A DNA stretch of 64,000 nt from Ruminococcaceae bacterium UBA1405 (GTDB taxonomy: Bacteria; Bacillota; Clostridia; Oscillospirales; Ruminococcaceae): the NCBI GenBank assembly GCA_002305685.1, contig DBQB01000003.1:49254-113253 (forward strand), read 5' to 3'. The notes beneath the pieces were generated by a model, which did no database searches, had not been told where the DNA came from, and saw nothing but the letters and a program-made list of their open reading frames with translations. Each line of letters opens with the position of its first letter. The first letter of the stretch is position 1. A program made the position numbers and the translations under genes. Positions 26,798-35,117 of the stretch are shown in pieces.

Positions 26798-28465
26798 TCA
26801 GGGGACGATGACGCCATCCTGAAGGGTGACCACACGGTCGGCATCCTGCAAGAAGGCCGCTCGATGGGAGATGGCCACCACTGTGAGATGACGATGGCGG
26901 CGAACCTCTCCAATGGCAACCCGCAATTCCTGTTGGATTTTTTCATCCACATTGGCGGTGACCTCATCCAACAGCAGCACTTCGGCTCCCCGCAGCAGTC
27001 CCTGGGCCAGTCCCAGACGCTGCCGCTGTCCGCCGGAAAGCAGCTGCCCCGCCTCACCCACATCGGTTTGCAGCCCCTTGGGAAGCTCCCGGACAAAGTC
27101 TCCCAGCCGCACCAAATCCAGCACCTCATACAGCTGCTGTTCGGTCGCCTCAGGAGCAGCCAGCCGCAGGTTTTCCTCCAAAGTGCCGGGGAACATGAAG
27201 GTCTCCTGGGATACCTTGGCAATGTGGCGACGCAAGGACGCCTTGGAAAACGCTTCCAACGCCTGACCATCGACGGTGATGCTGCCCTGCTGCGGCTGAT
27301 ACATCCCCAACAGTAGGTCAAACAAGGTGGATTTGCCTGCCCCATTCTCGCCGGCAATGCCCAGCCATTCCCCCTTTTCAATGGTCAGCGTCAGCCCTTT
27401 TAGCACATTGCCCCGCTCTTTTTGGTAGGCAAAGCTCAGGTCCTGCAGCTGAATACGCCGGTCAAAGGAGAATTCTTTGGTTCCCTCCGGTTCCTTGCTT
27501 TCAAGGGTGAGGATTTCAAAGAGACGGTCGAATTTTCCCAGCTGAGACTTAAAGTGATAGTTGGTGGTCATTGCTTTGCGGGCTACGGTGAAAAAACGTC
27601 CGCTGTAACTGGTCAAAATCACCAGGTTGCCCAGGGTCATCTCCCCTTTGACAATCAGCAGAGCCGCTACACCGAAGGCAACGCCGGTAAAGATGGTGTT
27701 GGAAAAATCATTGATCCAAAGGCCAGCCAGATTTTCCAGCACCGCGTTTTTGCCCCAGATGCCCAAGCTCTCCTGATTGAGCAGCCGCAGCTTTTGGCTC
27801 TGGGTCTGCTCCAACACCATCGACTTGACAAACTTGATTCCCCGCAGCGTATCGGCCACCACCTGATTCATCTGGGCGTTGTAGGACACAATCCGCCGGG
27901 ATAGATCCCGCACCTTGTTGGCAAAAAAGTTGCTGGGAAAATAGGAGACCGGGAAATACAGCAACATCCAAAGGGCGATAATCCAGTGGATATGCAGCAG
28001 ATAGGCAAAGATCACCAAGCCGCCAGCCAAACTGGCAAACAGCGTCGGCAGGTCAGAGAGCCAAAACATCACATACTCCATCGCCTCGCTGCGGCAGTAG
28101 GAGGCAAGCTCAGCGGAATTTTCCCGCTCAAAATAGGACACCGGCTGCTCGAGCAGCTTTTCAAACCCGTCCACAAACAGTTTGCATCCCATTTTCCGGC
28201 CGGCCATCGCCAAAAAATAGCGGTAAAGGGCCTGAAAGCTGGTGGAGATCAGCGGCAGCAGGCAAAACCAGAGCAAAGCGGTAAGGATGCTGCGAACATT
28301 TCCTGCCGGGACAGCCACATCCATCAGATATTCCATCAGCATCGGTGGCACCAGTGCCACCAGCTGCACCAACAGCGCCAGGGCAAACGAGCTGAAAACA
28401 CAAAGCTTAAAATGAGGGATATTCGCCACCACCTGGCGGCGAACACTGGATTCATTTCTTTTCAC
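26798..28465 (-). CDS. ABC exporter, fused permease plus ATP-binding protein (MsbA/MdlB-like half-transporter) with an unusually short C-terminus
   Basis: Six-helix TMD followed by an NBD: Walker A GENGAGKST, signature LSGGQRQR, Walker B LLLDEV. The protein ends ...AISHRAAFLQDADRVVTLQDGVIVP*. The start is set at a GTG (VKRNESS) with an AAGGGAG RBS. Confidence 0.8.
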   Translation of the reverse strand: MKRNESSVRRQVVANIPHFKLCVFSSFALALLVQLVALVPPMLMEYLMDVAVPAGNVRSILTALLWFCLLPLISTSFQALYRYFLAMAGRKMGCKLFVDGFEKLLEQPVSYFERENSAELASYCRSEAMEYVMFWLSDLPTLFASLAGGLVIFAYLLHIHWIIALWMLLYFPVSYFPSNFFANKVRDLSRRIVSYNAQMNQVVADTLRGIKFVKSMVLEQTQSQKLRLLNQESLGIWGKNAVLENLAGLWINDFSNTIFTGVAFGVAALLIVKGEMTLGNLVILTSYSGRFFTVARKAMTTNYHFKSQLGKFDRLFEILTLESKEPEGTKEFSFDRRIQLQDLSFAYQKERGNVLKGLTLTIEKGEWLGIAGENGAGKSTLFDLLLGMYQPQQGSITVDGQALEAFSKASLRRHIAKVSQETFMFPGTLEENLRLAAPEATEQQLYEVLDLVRLGDFVRELPKGLQTDVGEAGQLLSGGQRQRLGLAQGLLRGAEVLLLDEVTANVDEKIQQELRVAIGEVRRHRHLTVVAISHRAAFLQDADRVVTLQDGVIVP

Positions 28466-29057
28466 GGTACACAACTCCCTTGATTTCCGATTGTTTTTTA
28501 CTCGGTCATCCGCTGTCAACAAAGGGAGCTGCTGCGCCCTTTGTCAGCAGACAAAGGGCATCAAGATGATCTTCAGTGGATATTGTATGATGTAGCAAAT
28601 TCTTAACATACAGGCAAAACCTCATTTTCTGTGTGTAAACGAGAAAAATTACACCTTCATCATTTTGGGGTATACCGAAGCAAGTACATCAAAAGATTTT
28701 GGGGATCCAATCCGATTTATGGGAACACTTTTCCTCAATAAAAAACGCCTTAATTCATCTACTATTTTAATATATATTTTTTGTATGTCAATGATATTAT
28801 ATGGATAATGTCCAAATTTGCATTGCGTGTCAAGTAAATCCAGAATAGCAAATGGTTCATACCTTTACCGCAATGATTCTTCGGCTATTGCCCCAAGATA
28901 TGGACTTCAGCCTTTGACCGTAAACCGTTTGATCTTGCAAATTTTGAAAGCAGCAGTTGTATTTTTCGGAAAATTCCGCTAAAATAGAAGGGAAATTCAA
29001 GGGTAATATGCAGGGGACACATATCCTCCCTGCGAAACACCCAAAAAACAGTAGGAG

Positions 29058-30239
29058 ATGATCCCTATGATCGCACTCAAAGGCGGAAAAGTTGTCACCG
29101 TCACCGGCAGCACCTTCGAAAACGGCGTCGTATTGGTAGAGGACGGCAAGATCTGTGCCGTTGGCTCCGCCGACACCATAGCCATTCCCCAGGACGCCGA
29201 GTTGGTGGACGTCACCGGCAAATGGGTAACCCCCGGCCTCATCGACGCCCACACCCATATCTCCACCTTCGCCGAGCCCTCCCCCAGACCCAACATCGGG
29301 GACGGCAACGAGATCACCGACCCCATCACCGCCCAGCTGCGGGCCATCGACTCCATCAATCCCCATGACCTGGCCATCGCCAAAGCTCGGGAAGCCGGTT
29401 TCACTACCTGCTATACCGGTCCCGGTTCCGCCAACGTCATCGGCGGCACCGGCATCAGCTTTAAGTGCAAAAACGGGGATTCCCTCTTTGATATCGTCAT
29501 CCCCGGCTCCGCTCAGATGAAGATGGCGCTGGGAGAAAACCCCAAAAACTGCTATGGCGGCAACAGCAAAAAGATGCCCCAGACCAGAATGGCTGTGGCG
29601 GCGCTGCTGCGGGAAACCCTCTACAACGCCAAGGTATATTCCGACAAGCTGAAAGCAGCGGAAAGCGATCCCTCCAAAGCGCCCACCCCCAACTTTAAGC
29701 TGGATGCGCTGGTACCGGTGGTTCGGGGCGAGATGAAGGTGCGTATCCACTGCCACCGCGCCGACGACATCACCACCGCCATCCGCATTGCAGAGGAATA
29801 TCATCTGGATTATTCCATTGAGCACGCCACCGAGGGATATAAGATTCTCAAGGTGCTCAAGGAGCATAACTGCACCTGTGTGGTAGGTCCGCTGCTGATG
29901 GACCCGGTCAAGATGGAAATCTGGGGCTGCCGCCAGGATACCCCCGCCAAGATGGAAGAGGCCGGCATCAACTTCTGTCTGACCCAGGATACCTCCTCCG
30001 GAACCAGATGGCTGCCCATCAATGTGGGCATCTGCATGGCCAGAGGGCTTTCTGAGCAGGCTGCCTTTGAGGCGGTCACCATCCGTCCCGCCAAGCTGCT
30101 GGGCCTTTCCGACCGCATTGGTTCGCTGGAAGTGGGTAAGGATGCGGATATCGCCATCTTTGACGGGCATCCCTTCTCCAACTTTACCCTCTGCAAAGCC
30201 ACAATGATCGACGGCGTATTTGAGTATAACGCGCTGTAA
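29058..30239 (+). CDS. Amidohydrolase-family metal-dependent hydrolase (imidazolonepropionase-related)
   Basis: VTPGLIDAHTHIS motif, 393 aa. An AGGAG RBS is present. Confidence 0.8.
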   Translation: MIPMIALKGGKVVTVTGSTFENGVVLVEDGKICAVGSADTIAIPQDAELVDVTGKWVTPGLIDAHTHISTFAEPSPRPNIGDGNEITDPITAQLRAIDSINPHDLAIAKAREAGFTTCYTGPGSANVIGGTGISFKCKNGDSLFDIVIPGSAQMKMALGENPKNCYGGNSKKMPQTRMAVAALLRETLYNAKVYSDKLKAAESDPSKAPTPNFKLDALVPVVRGEMKVRIHCHRADDITTAIRIAEEYHLDYSIEHATEGYKILKVLKEHNCTCVVGPLLMDPVKMEIWGCRQDTPAKMEEAGINFCLTQDTSSGTRWLPINVGICMARGLSEQAAFEAVTIRPAKLLGLSDRIGSLEVGKDADIAIFDGHPFSNFTLCKATMIDGVFEYNAL

Positions 30240-30343
30240 TCCCGGTCCATCTTTGCATTTTATAGAGGGCTGCCCCCAGGGTAGCCCTTTCTTTTTCCCT
30301 GTGCTTGCGTTCAAAATCCCAGCTTGAGAAAGGCGCCCGACAT

Positions 30344-30787
30344 ATGAAAATCATACAGATCACCGAAAACAAAAAACAATATCTCCCCCTTCTGCTGCTG
30401 GCAGACGAACAGGAAGATATGATCGACCGTTATCTGGAACGGGGAACCATGTATTTGCTGGACGACGACGGCCCCAAAAGCGAATGTGTGGTCACCGACG
30501 AGGGAGACGGAATTCTGGAGATTAAAAACATCGCCACCGATCCTGCCTTTCAGGGAAAAGGATACGGCAAAGCGCTCATCGCTTTCCTGGAAACCAGATA
30601 CCGTGGCCGTTACCGTATCTTGCAGGTTGGCACCGGCGATAGCCCGGCTACCATCCCTTTTTATGAGGGCTGCGGGTTTACCCGCTCCCACCGGCTGACA
30701 AACTTCTTCGTGGAACATTATGACCATCCCATCTACGAAGATGGGGTCCAACTTGTGGACATGGTTTATCTGCGAAAAGAACTGTAA
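30344..30787 (+). CDS. GNAT-family N-acetyltransferase
   Basis: IATDPAFQGKGYGKALIAFL (acetyl-CoA binding motif A), 147 aa from MKIIQITEN. Confidence 0.8.
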   Translation: MKIIQITENKKQYLPLLLLADEQEDMIDRYLERGTMYLLDDDGPKSECVVTDEGDGILEIKNIATDPAFQGKGYGKALIAFLETRYRGRYRILQVGTGDSPATIPFYEGCGFTRSHRLTNFFVEHYDHPIYEDGVQLVDMVYLRKEL

Positions 30788-30808
30788 ACCGTTCTTTTGT
30801 ATCTATGC

Positions 30809-30857
30809 AAAAAAAGCGATCCGAATCTCTCACCGACAGGTGAAACATTCGGATCGC
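30809..30857 (-). terminator. Rho-independent terminator directly after tRNA-Val
   Basis: On the minus strand, a GCGATCCGAAT...ATTCGGATCGC hairpin is followed by T7. Confidence 0.7.
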
Positions 30858-30859
30858 TT

Positions 30860-30936
30860 TGGTGGAGACGCACGGGCTCGAACCGTGGACCTCCTGCGTG
30901 TGAAGCAGGCGCTCTGACCAGCTGAGCTACGCCTCC
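30860..30936 (-). tRNA. tRNA-Val (anticodon CAC), CCA encoded
   Basis: The reverse complement is GGAGGCGTAGCTCAGCTGGTCAGAGCGCCTGCTTCACACGCAGGAGGTCCACGGTTCGAGCCCGTGCGTCTCCACCA. The cloverleaf was folded by hand; the anticodon loop is TTCACAC. Confidence 0.9.
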
Positions 30937-30992
30937 ATTGAGGGGTCAAAGCCTTTCTTGAGATACCGGAAAATCTTTTCCCACAGGAAAAG

Positions 30993-31068
30993 TGGTGGAG
31001 ACGAAGAGGATCGAACTCTCGACCTTACGGATGCGAACCGTACGCTCTCCCAGCTGAGCTACGCCCCC
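30993..31068 (-). tRNA. tRNA-Ala (anticodon CGC), CCA encoded
   Basis: The reverse complement is GGGGGCGTAGCTCAGCTGGGAGAGCGTACGGTTCGCATCCGTAAGGTCGAGAGTTCGATCCTCTTCGTCTCCACCA. The G3:U70 pair is present. A TATAAT -10 element lies about 20 nt upstream. Confidence 0.9.
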
Positions 31069-31104
31069 AAAAATCGGTACGTATCTATTATAGCGTCCTT
31101 TTTC

Positions 31105-31150
31105 AAAAAAGCAACCCCTTTTTCCAATTTTTTTTGAAAAAGGGGTTGTT
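31105..31150 (-). terminator. Rho-independent terminator after 31168-31575
   Basis: On the minus strand, CAACCCCTTTTT...AAAAAGGGGTTG is followed by T6. Confidence 0.7.
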
Positions 31151-31167
31151 TTACCGGCGAACCTATC

Positions 31168-31575
31168 TCAACGGCCAAAGAGGTTCGCCAAAGGCTCCAC
31201 CACGCTGTTGAGATTGGCAATGCCCTCGTTGAGCTCCTGAATGTTGATGCTGGAAAGGGTTTTCAGCGCCTCGCCAACCGCCTTGAGCGCTTCTTCCAGA
31301 GCCGTGCCGCTCTGCGCCATCGTCGTGTTGATGTTCTCCGCAAGCTGTACAAAATCCACCCGATTGAGGGTTTTGATCAACTCGTCGAGATTGGCGGTGG
31401 TCACCTCCACCTGGGACATCAGCTGTGTTGCACTGGTGACGAAAGCAAGAACGGTGGGACCAAACCAGGCCAGCAGCACAATCGCTCCTGTCAGTCCGAT
31501 GAGCACCAACACCGTCAACAGCCGTAACCAAAACAACAATTTCTTTGAAACCCGCAGCTGTTCCTCTTCCATCAT
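31168..31575 (-). CDS. Hypothetical membrane-anchored coiled-coil protein (DUF948-like, tentative)
   Basis: MMEEEQLRVSKKLLFWLRLLTVLVLIGLTGAIVLLAW has a single N-terminal TM helix and is followed by a helical region. A GGAGGAG RBS is present. Confidence 0.6.
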   Translation of the reverse strand: MMEEEQLRVSKKLLFWLRLLTVLVLIGLTGAIVLLAWFGPTVLAFVTSATQLMSQVEVTTANLDELIKTLNRVDFVQLAENINTTMAQSGTALEEALKAVGEALKTLSSINIQELNEGIANLNSVVEPLANLFGR

Positions 31576-31776
31576 ACGCACTCCTCCTCGCCGTCTGTTG
31601 TTATCCATATTATAGACTTTGACCACCCATACTGCAACTGTTTTCCCAAGCATATCCATAATCCATTGGTTTTCAGACTATAAAAAAACAAAGCCCGGAA
31701 AGATTCCAAGGCTTTGTTCTTTTGGGAAATACAGCAAGGCTGTTACAGGTATGTGAAAGAAGATGTCGCCAATCGA

Positions 31777-32967
31777 TTAGAAATCGATCTCTTTGTCATA
31801 GTAGCAAGCCAGCAGCAGCTTCTCCATCTCCTCCTGAGAGGGCTGACGGGGATTGGAGCCGGTGCAGGCATCGCTGATGGCCAGAGCAGCAACGTCTTTG
31901 AGCTTGTCGTTAAACTCTTTCTCGTCGATAATACCACCCTCGTACTCCTTGATGCAGGTAGGAATATCCAGGGAAGCGTTCATCGCCTTGAGTTCATTGA
32001 TCAGAGCGTCTACCAACTCGGTGGTGGTTTCACCCTTCAGTCCGATAAAGCGAGCGATCTCCGCATAACGCACCGCAGCGCTTTCCACCTTGGAGTTATA
32101 TTTGATCACCTTGGGCAGATACATAGCGTTGGCGCAACCGTGAACGATATGTCCACCGGTAAAGGCAGCGCCGGTCTTATGCGCCATAGAGTGAACGATA
32201 CCCAGCAGCGCATTGGAGAAAGCCATACCAGCCAGGCACTGAGCATTGTGCATCCGGTCACGGGCAGCCATATCGCCGTCATAGGAAGCCTTCAGATCGT
32301 TATGGATCATCTTGATGGCGTGCAGCGCCAGAGGATCGGTATAATCGCAGTTCATGGTGGAAACATACGCCTCGATGGCATGGGTCATCGCGTCCATACC
32401 GGTGTGGGCGGTGAGTTTCTTGGGCATGGTCTCAGCCAGCTCAGGATCCACAATGGCCACATCGGGAGTGATGTTAAAGTCAGCCAGAGGATATTTGATA
32501 CCCTTCTGATAGTCGGTGATAACCGAGAAAGCGGTTACCTCAGTAGCGGTACCGGAGGTAGAAGGAATGGCGCAGAAACGAGCTTTGGTGCGCAGGGTGG
32601 GGAAGTTGAAGGGGATAATCAGCTGCTCCATGGTGGTGTCGGGATATTCATAGAAAGCCCACATCGCCTTTGCAGCATCGATGGGAGAACCGCCGCCCAT
32701 GGCTACGATCCAGTCAGGCTGGAATTCCTGCATCATCTTGGCGCCCTTCATAACGGTTTCAACACTGGGATCGGGCTCAACGCCTTCAAACAGCTTAACC
32801 TCCATGCCGGCTTCCTTCAGGTACTCAACCGCACGGTCCAGAAAACCGAAACGTTTCATAGAGCCGCCGCCAACAACGACAATCGCTTTGGAACCCTTCA
32901 GATTTTTCAGTTCCTCCAAGGAGCCTTTGCCATGGTATAAATCGCGGGGAAGTGTAAAACGAGCCAT
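31777..32967 (-). CDS. Iron-containing (group III) alcohol dehydrogenase, butanol/1,2-propanediol dehydrogenase-like
   Basis: MARFTLPRDLYHGKGSLEEL..., GGGSPIDAAKAMW, and a His-rich metal site (HAIEAY, HSMAH). A GGAGG RBS is present. Confidence 0.85.
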   Translation of the reverse strand: MARFTLPRDLYHGKGSLEELKNLKGSKAIVVVGGGSMKRFGFLDRAVEYLKEAGMEVKLFEGVEPDPSVETVMKGAKMMQEFQPDWIVAMGGGSPIDAAKAMWAFYEYPDTTMEQLIIPFNFPTLRTKARFCAIPSTSGTATEVTAFSVITDYQKGIKYPLADFNITPDVAIVDPELAETMPKKLTAHTGMDAMTHAIEAYVSTMNCDYTDPLALHAIKMIHNDLKASYDGDMAARDRMHNAQCLAGMAFSNALLGIVHSMAHKTGAAFTGGHIVHGCANAMYLPKVIKYNSKVESAAVRYAEIARFIGLKGETTTELVDALINELKAMNASLDIPTCIKEYEGGIIDEKEFNDKLKDVAALAISDACTGSNPRQPSQEEMEKLLLACYYDKEIDF

Positions 32968-33265
32968 TTCAATTACCTCCATTTTGTATACAAACAACCG
33001 GTGTACAAACTGTCTTTCCTACAACAGAAGTATAAACGTTTGAAAATTAACAAAGCCTTTACACTTTCTGTGTTAAACGGTAAAACAATCGAAAATAATC
33101 TGTAAATCAGCGTTATTATGAGATTGTTTTTCTTTTAACAAGTTCATTATAGCATTGCGCATCGCAGTTTTGAAATATATAATATATATTGCATACATAT
33201 AAAAATCAATATATTATAATCCCTCTGTATCCGTCTGCGGGATTTTCAAAAAGGAGGTAAAAACC

Positions 33266-34207
33266 ATGCAGCTGATCCAACTGCAATATGCTGTCGCCGT
33301 CGCGCAGCACGGCAGCATCACAGAAGCCGCCAAAAGCCTCTACATTGCCCAGCCCAATCTGAGCAAAGCCCTCAAAGAATTGGAGGAAGAATTGGGCATT
33401 TTGATCTTTTCCCGCACCACCCGGGGGGTTGTCCCCACCGAGGCAGGAAAACGATTCCTTTCCGGCGCTGCGGAAATCCTGCAAAAGATGGAAGAATTGC
33501 AGACAATTACGCAACAAAGAGGAGAAATGCTGTTTCGCCTGCACATCACCTTTTCGCCCTATCTTGATCCCATCCCCCCCATACTGGAGCGGCTGGCGTC
33601 GATGCAGCACAGCGCACCGGATACCGACTGGGACATCGCTTTCATCCAGACCGGAGCGGTAAAGGCCATTGAGGCCCTCACCGGTGGGGAGAGCGAACTG
33701 GCGGTGCTGTGCTATCCGGAACGCTACCATCGTTTTTTCCAGCAGCAGTTTACCAAAAACCAGTTTGATATCCATCCGCTGGCCCAACAACCCTTTTACC
33801 TGGTTTGTTCCCGGCAGCATCCGCTGGCAGGCCAAAAACAGGTCAATCCCCAACAACTTACCGGACTTCCCCGCCTGATGCTGGACGGTACCCTTCCTTC
33901 CCTTTCCCAACGCCAGCGCCGGGAGGTTGCGGAATATTTTCCCAACCACAGGGTACTGCGTTGCTCAGACCGGGATCTTGCATTCTCCACCCTTACAGCG
34001 CTGCCCGGCAGCTTTCTCTGGCATCCACCCATGTCCGTCCCACAGCTGGAAAGATACGGACTATCCCAAATTTGCTGCCGGGAGGCGGGAAGTTTCCGCA
34101 TCGTGGCGGCGATACCGCCAAAACGCTCTCATTCCCCGGCAGTAAGACGGTTTATCCGTTTTATCACCGAGTCTATGACCGATTTCTACAATCCCAAGGA
34201 ACGATAA
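33266..34207 (+). CDS. LysR-family transcriptional regulator, divergent from the alcohol dehydrogenase gene
   Basis: MQLIQLQYAVAVAQHGSITEAAKSLYIAQPNLSKALKELEEELGILIFSRTTRGVVPTEAG. An AGGAGG RBS is present. Confidence 0.85.
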   Translation: MQLIQLQYAVAVAQHGSITEAAKSLYIAQPNLSKALKELEEELGILIFSRTTRGVVPTEAGKRFLSGAAEILQKMEELQTITQQRGEMLFRLHITFSPYLDPIPPILERLASMQHSAPDTDWDIAFIQTGAVKAIEALTGGESELAVLCYPERYHRFFQQQFTKNQFDIHPLAQQPFYLVCSRQHPLAGQKQVNPQQLTGLPRLMLDGTLPSLSQRQRREVAEYFPNHRVLRCSDRDLAFSTLTALPGSFLWHPPMSVPQLERYGLSQICCREAGSFRIVAAIPPKRSHSPAVRRFIRFITESMTDFYNPKER

Positions 34208-34217
34208 AAGACATGAT

Positions 34218-34273
34218 AAAATCCCCCTTAACCCTTTTGGCGCTGCTTTGCCCCAAAGGGTTACGGGGGATTT
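34218..34273. terminator. Long hairpin between the convergent lysR-type gene and ABC operon 1
   Basis: AAAATCCCCCttAACCCTTTTGG...CCAAAGGGTTacGGGGGATTT. Confidence 0.6.
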
Positions 34274-34336
34274 CTCTTTCCGGTAGATGATTTTTCAACA
34301 AAGCCTTCCGTGATCTGTCCGATCCTTCTTTCTGAA

Positions 34337-35113
34337 TCAGGACCCTGTGGAGCGGTAATGGCGCAGTCCGACACGCCACAGCACGGCGCAGGGAATCAGG
34401 AACAGCAGGGAAAGCAGCGGGAAAAGCATATATCCACGCCACCGGCTTCTGCCGATGAGATAGAGAAACGGATAATACTGAAACAGCGCCAGCGGCACAA
34501 TATAGGTAAAGAAGCGCAGCACCTCCTTGCCATAGATGACAAAGGGATACTGTCCAAACTCCCGTCCCCCATCGGTAAAGATATTGATAAACTCCAACCC
34601 CTGTATGGTAAAAAAGCAGATACTGGCGTAGATGATAAACAGTCCGGAGAAAACCAGCATTCCGCACACCACCATCAGTACCAGGGTCAGCACCTTATCC
34701 GGCGTCCAGCTTACCCCACTGGCGGGAAGGGCATAGCAGAAGATCACCACCGCCTGCAGCAGCCTTCCCAACCGGCTTAAATCCACCCTGCTGGCCACCA
34801 CCTGAAATACAATCCCTCTGGGACGCACCAGCATCCGGTCAAACTGACCATTTCCCAACATACTGGAAAAGGTGTCAAATCCCCGAAAGAAACATTCCGC
34901 CAGGGAGAAGGCCATCAGCACCGTGGCAAAGCAGAGCAGCACCTGGGGAAAGGTAAAACCTTCCACCGTGTGAAACCGTTCCATCATAAAATAGACCGCC
35001 AGCACCCCGGTAAAGGAGGAGACGAACTGGGATAGCAGCGTCATCACAAAGGAGGCGCGATACTCCATCAGCCCTCGCAGATAGATGGCAAAATAGCGAA
35101 AATACAGTCTCAT
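34337..35113 (-). CDS. ABC-2-type transporter permease (uncharacterised ABC system, permease 2)
   Basis: MRLYFRYFAIYLRGLMEYRASFVMTLLSQF..., polytopic. A GGAGGG RBS is present, and the gap to the upstream gene is 4 nt. Confidence 0.75.
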   Translation of the reverse strand: MRLYFRYFAIYLRGLMEYRASFVMTLLSQFVSSFTGVLAVYFMMERFHTVEGFTFPQVLLCFATVLMAFSLAECFFRGFDTFSSMLGNGQFDRMLVRPRGIVFQVVASRVDLSRLGRLLQAVVIFCYALPASGVSWTPDKVLTLVLMVVCGMLVFSGLFIIYASICFFTIQGLEFINIFTDGGREFGQYPFVIYGKEVLRFFTYIVPLALFQYYPFLYLIGRSRWRGYMLFPLLSLLFLIPCAVLWRVGLRHYRSTGS

Positions 35114-35117
35114 CTTT

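Noticed and set aside
28506-28625. 39-codon minus-strand ORF (MRFCLYVKNLLHHTISTEDHLDALCLLTKGAAAPFVDSG) in the leader of the ABC exporter; considered as a leader or precursor peptide
   Set aside because: It has no Shine-Dalgarno sequence, no double-glycine or other recognisable leader motif, and the hairpin at 28536-28559 lies inside it. It is probably a chance ORF in AT-rich DNA.
28857-30314. 485-aa minus-strand ORF opposite the amidohydrolase gene
   Set aside because: It has a Gly/Asp/Val/His-rich shadow composition. The plus strand carries a clear amidohydrolase (DAHTH motif) with an RBS.
23935-30860. The idea that the whole 23.9-30.9 kb block is an island integrated at the 3' end of tRNA-Val
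   Set aside because: I found no copy of the tRNA 3' end at the far boundary. The ABC, amidohydrolase and GNAT genes have flank-like GC composition, and a terminator sits between the tRNA and the GNAT gene. Only the 2.8-kb AT-rich segment looks foreign.
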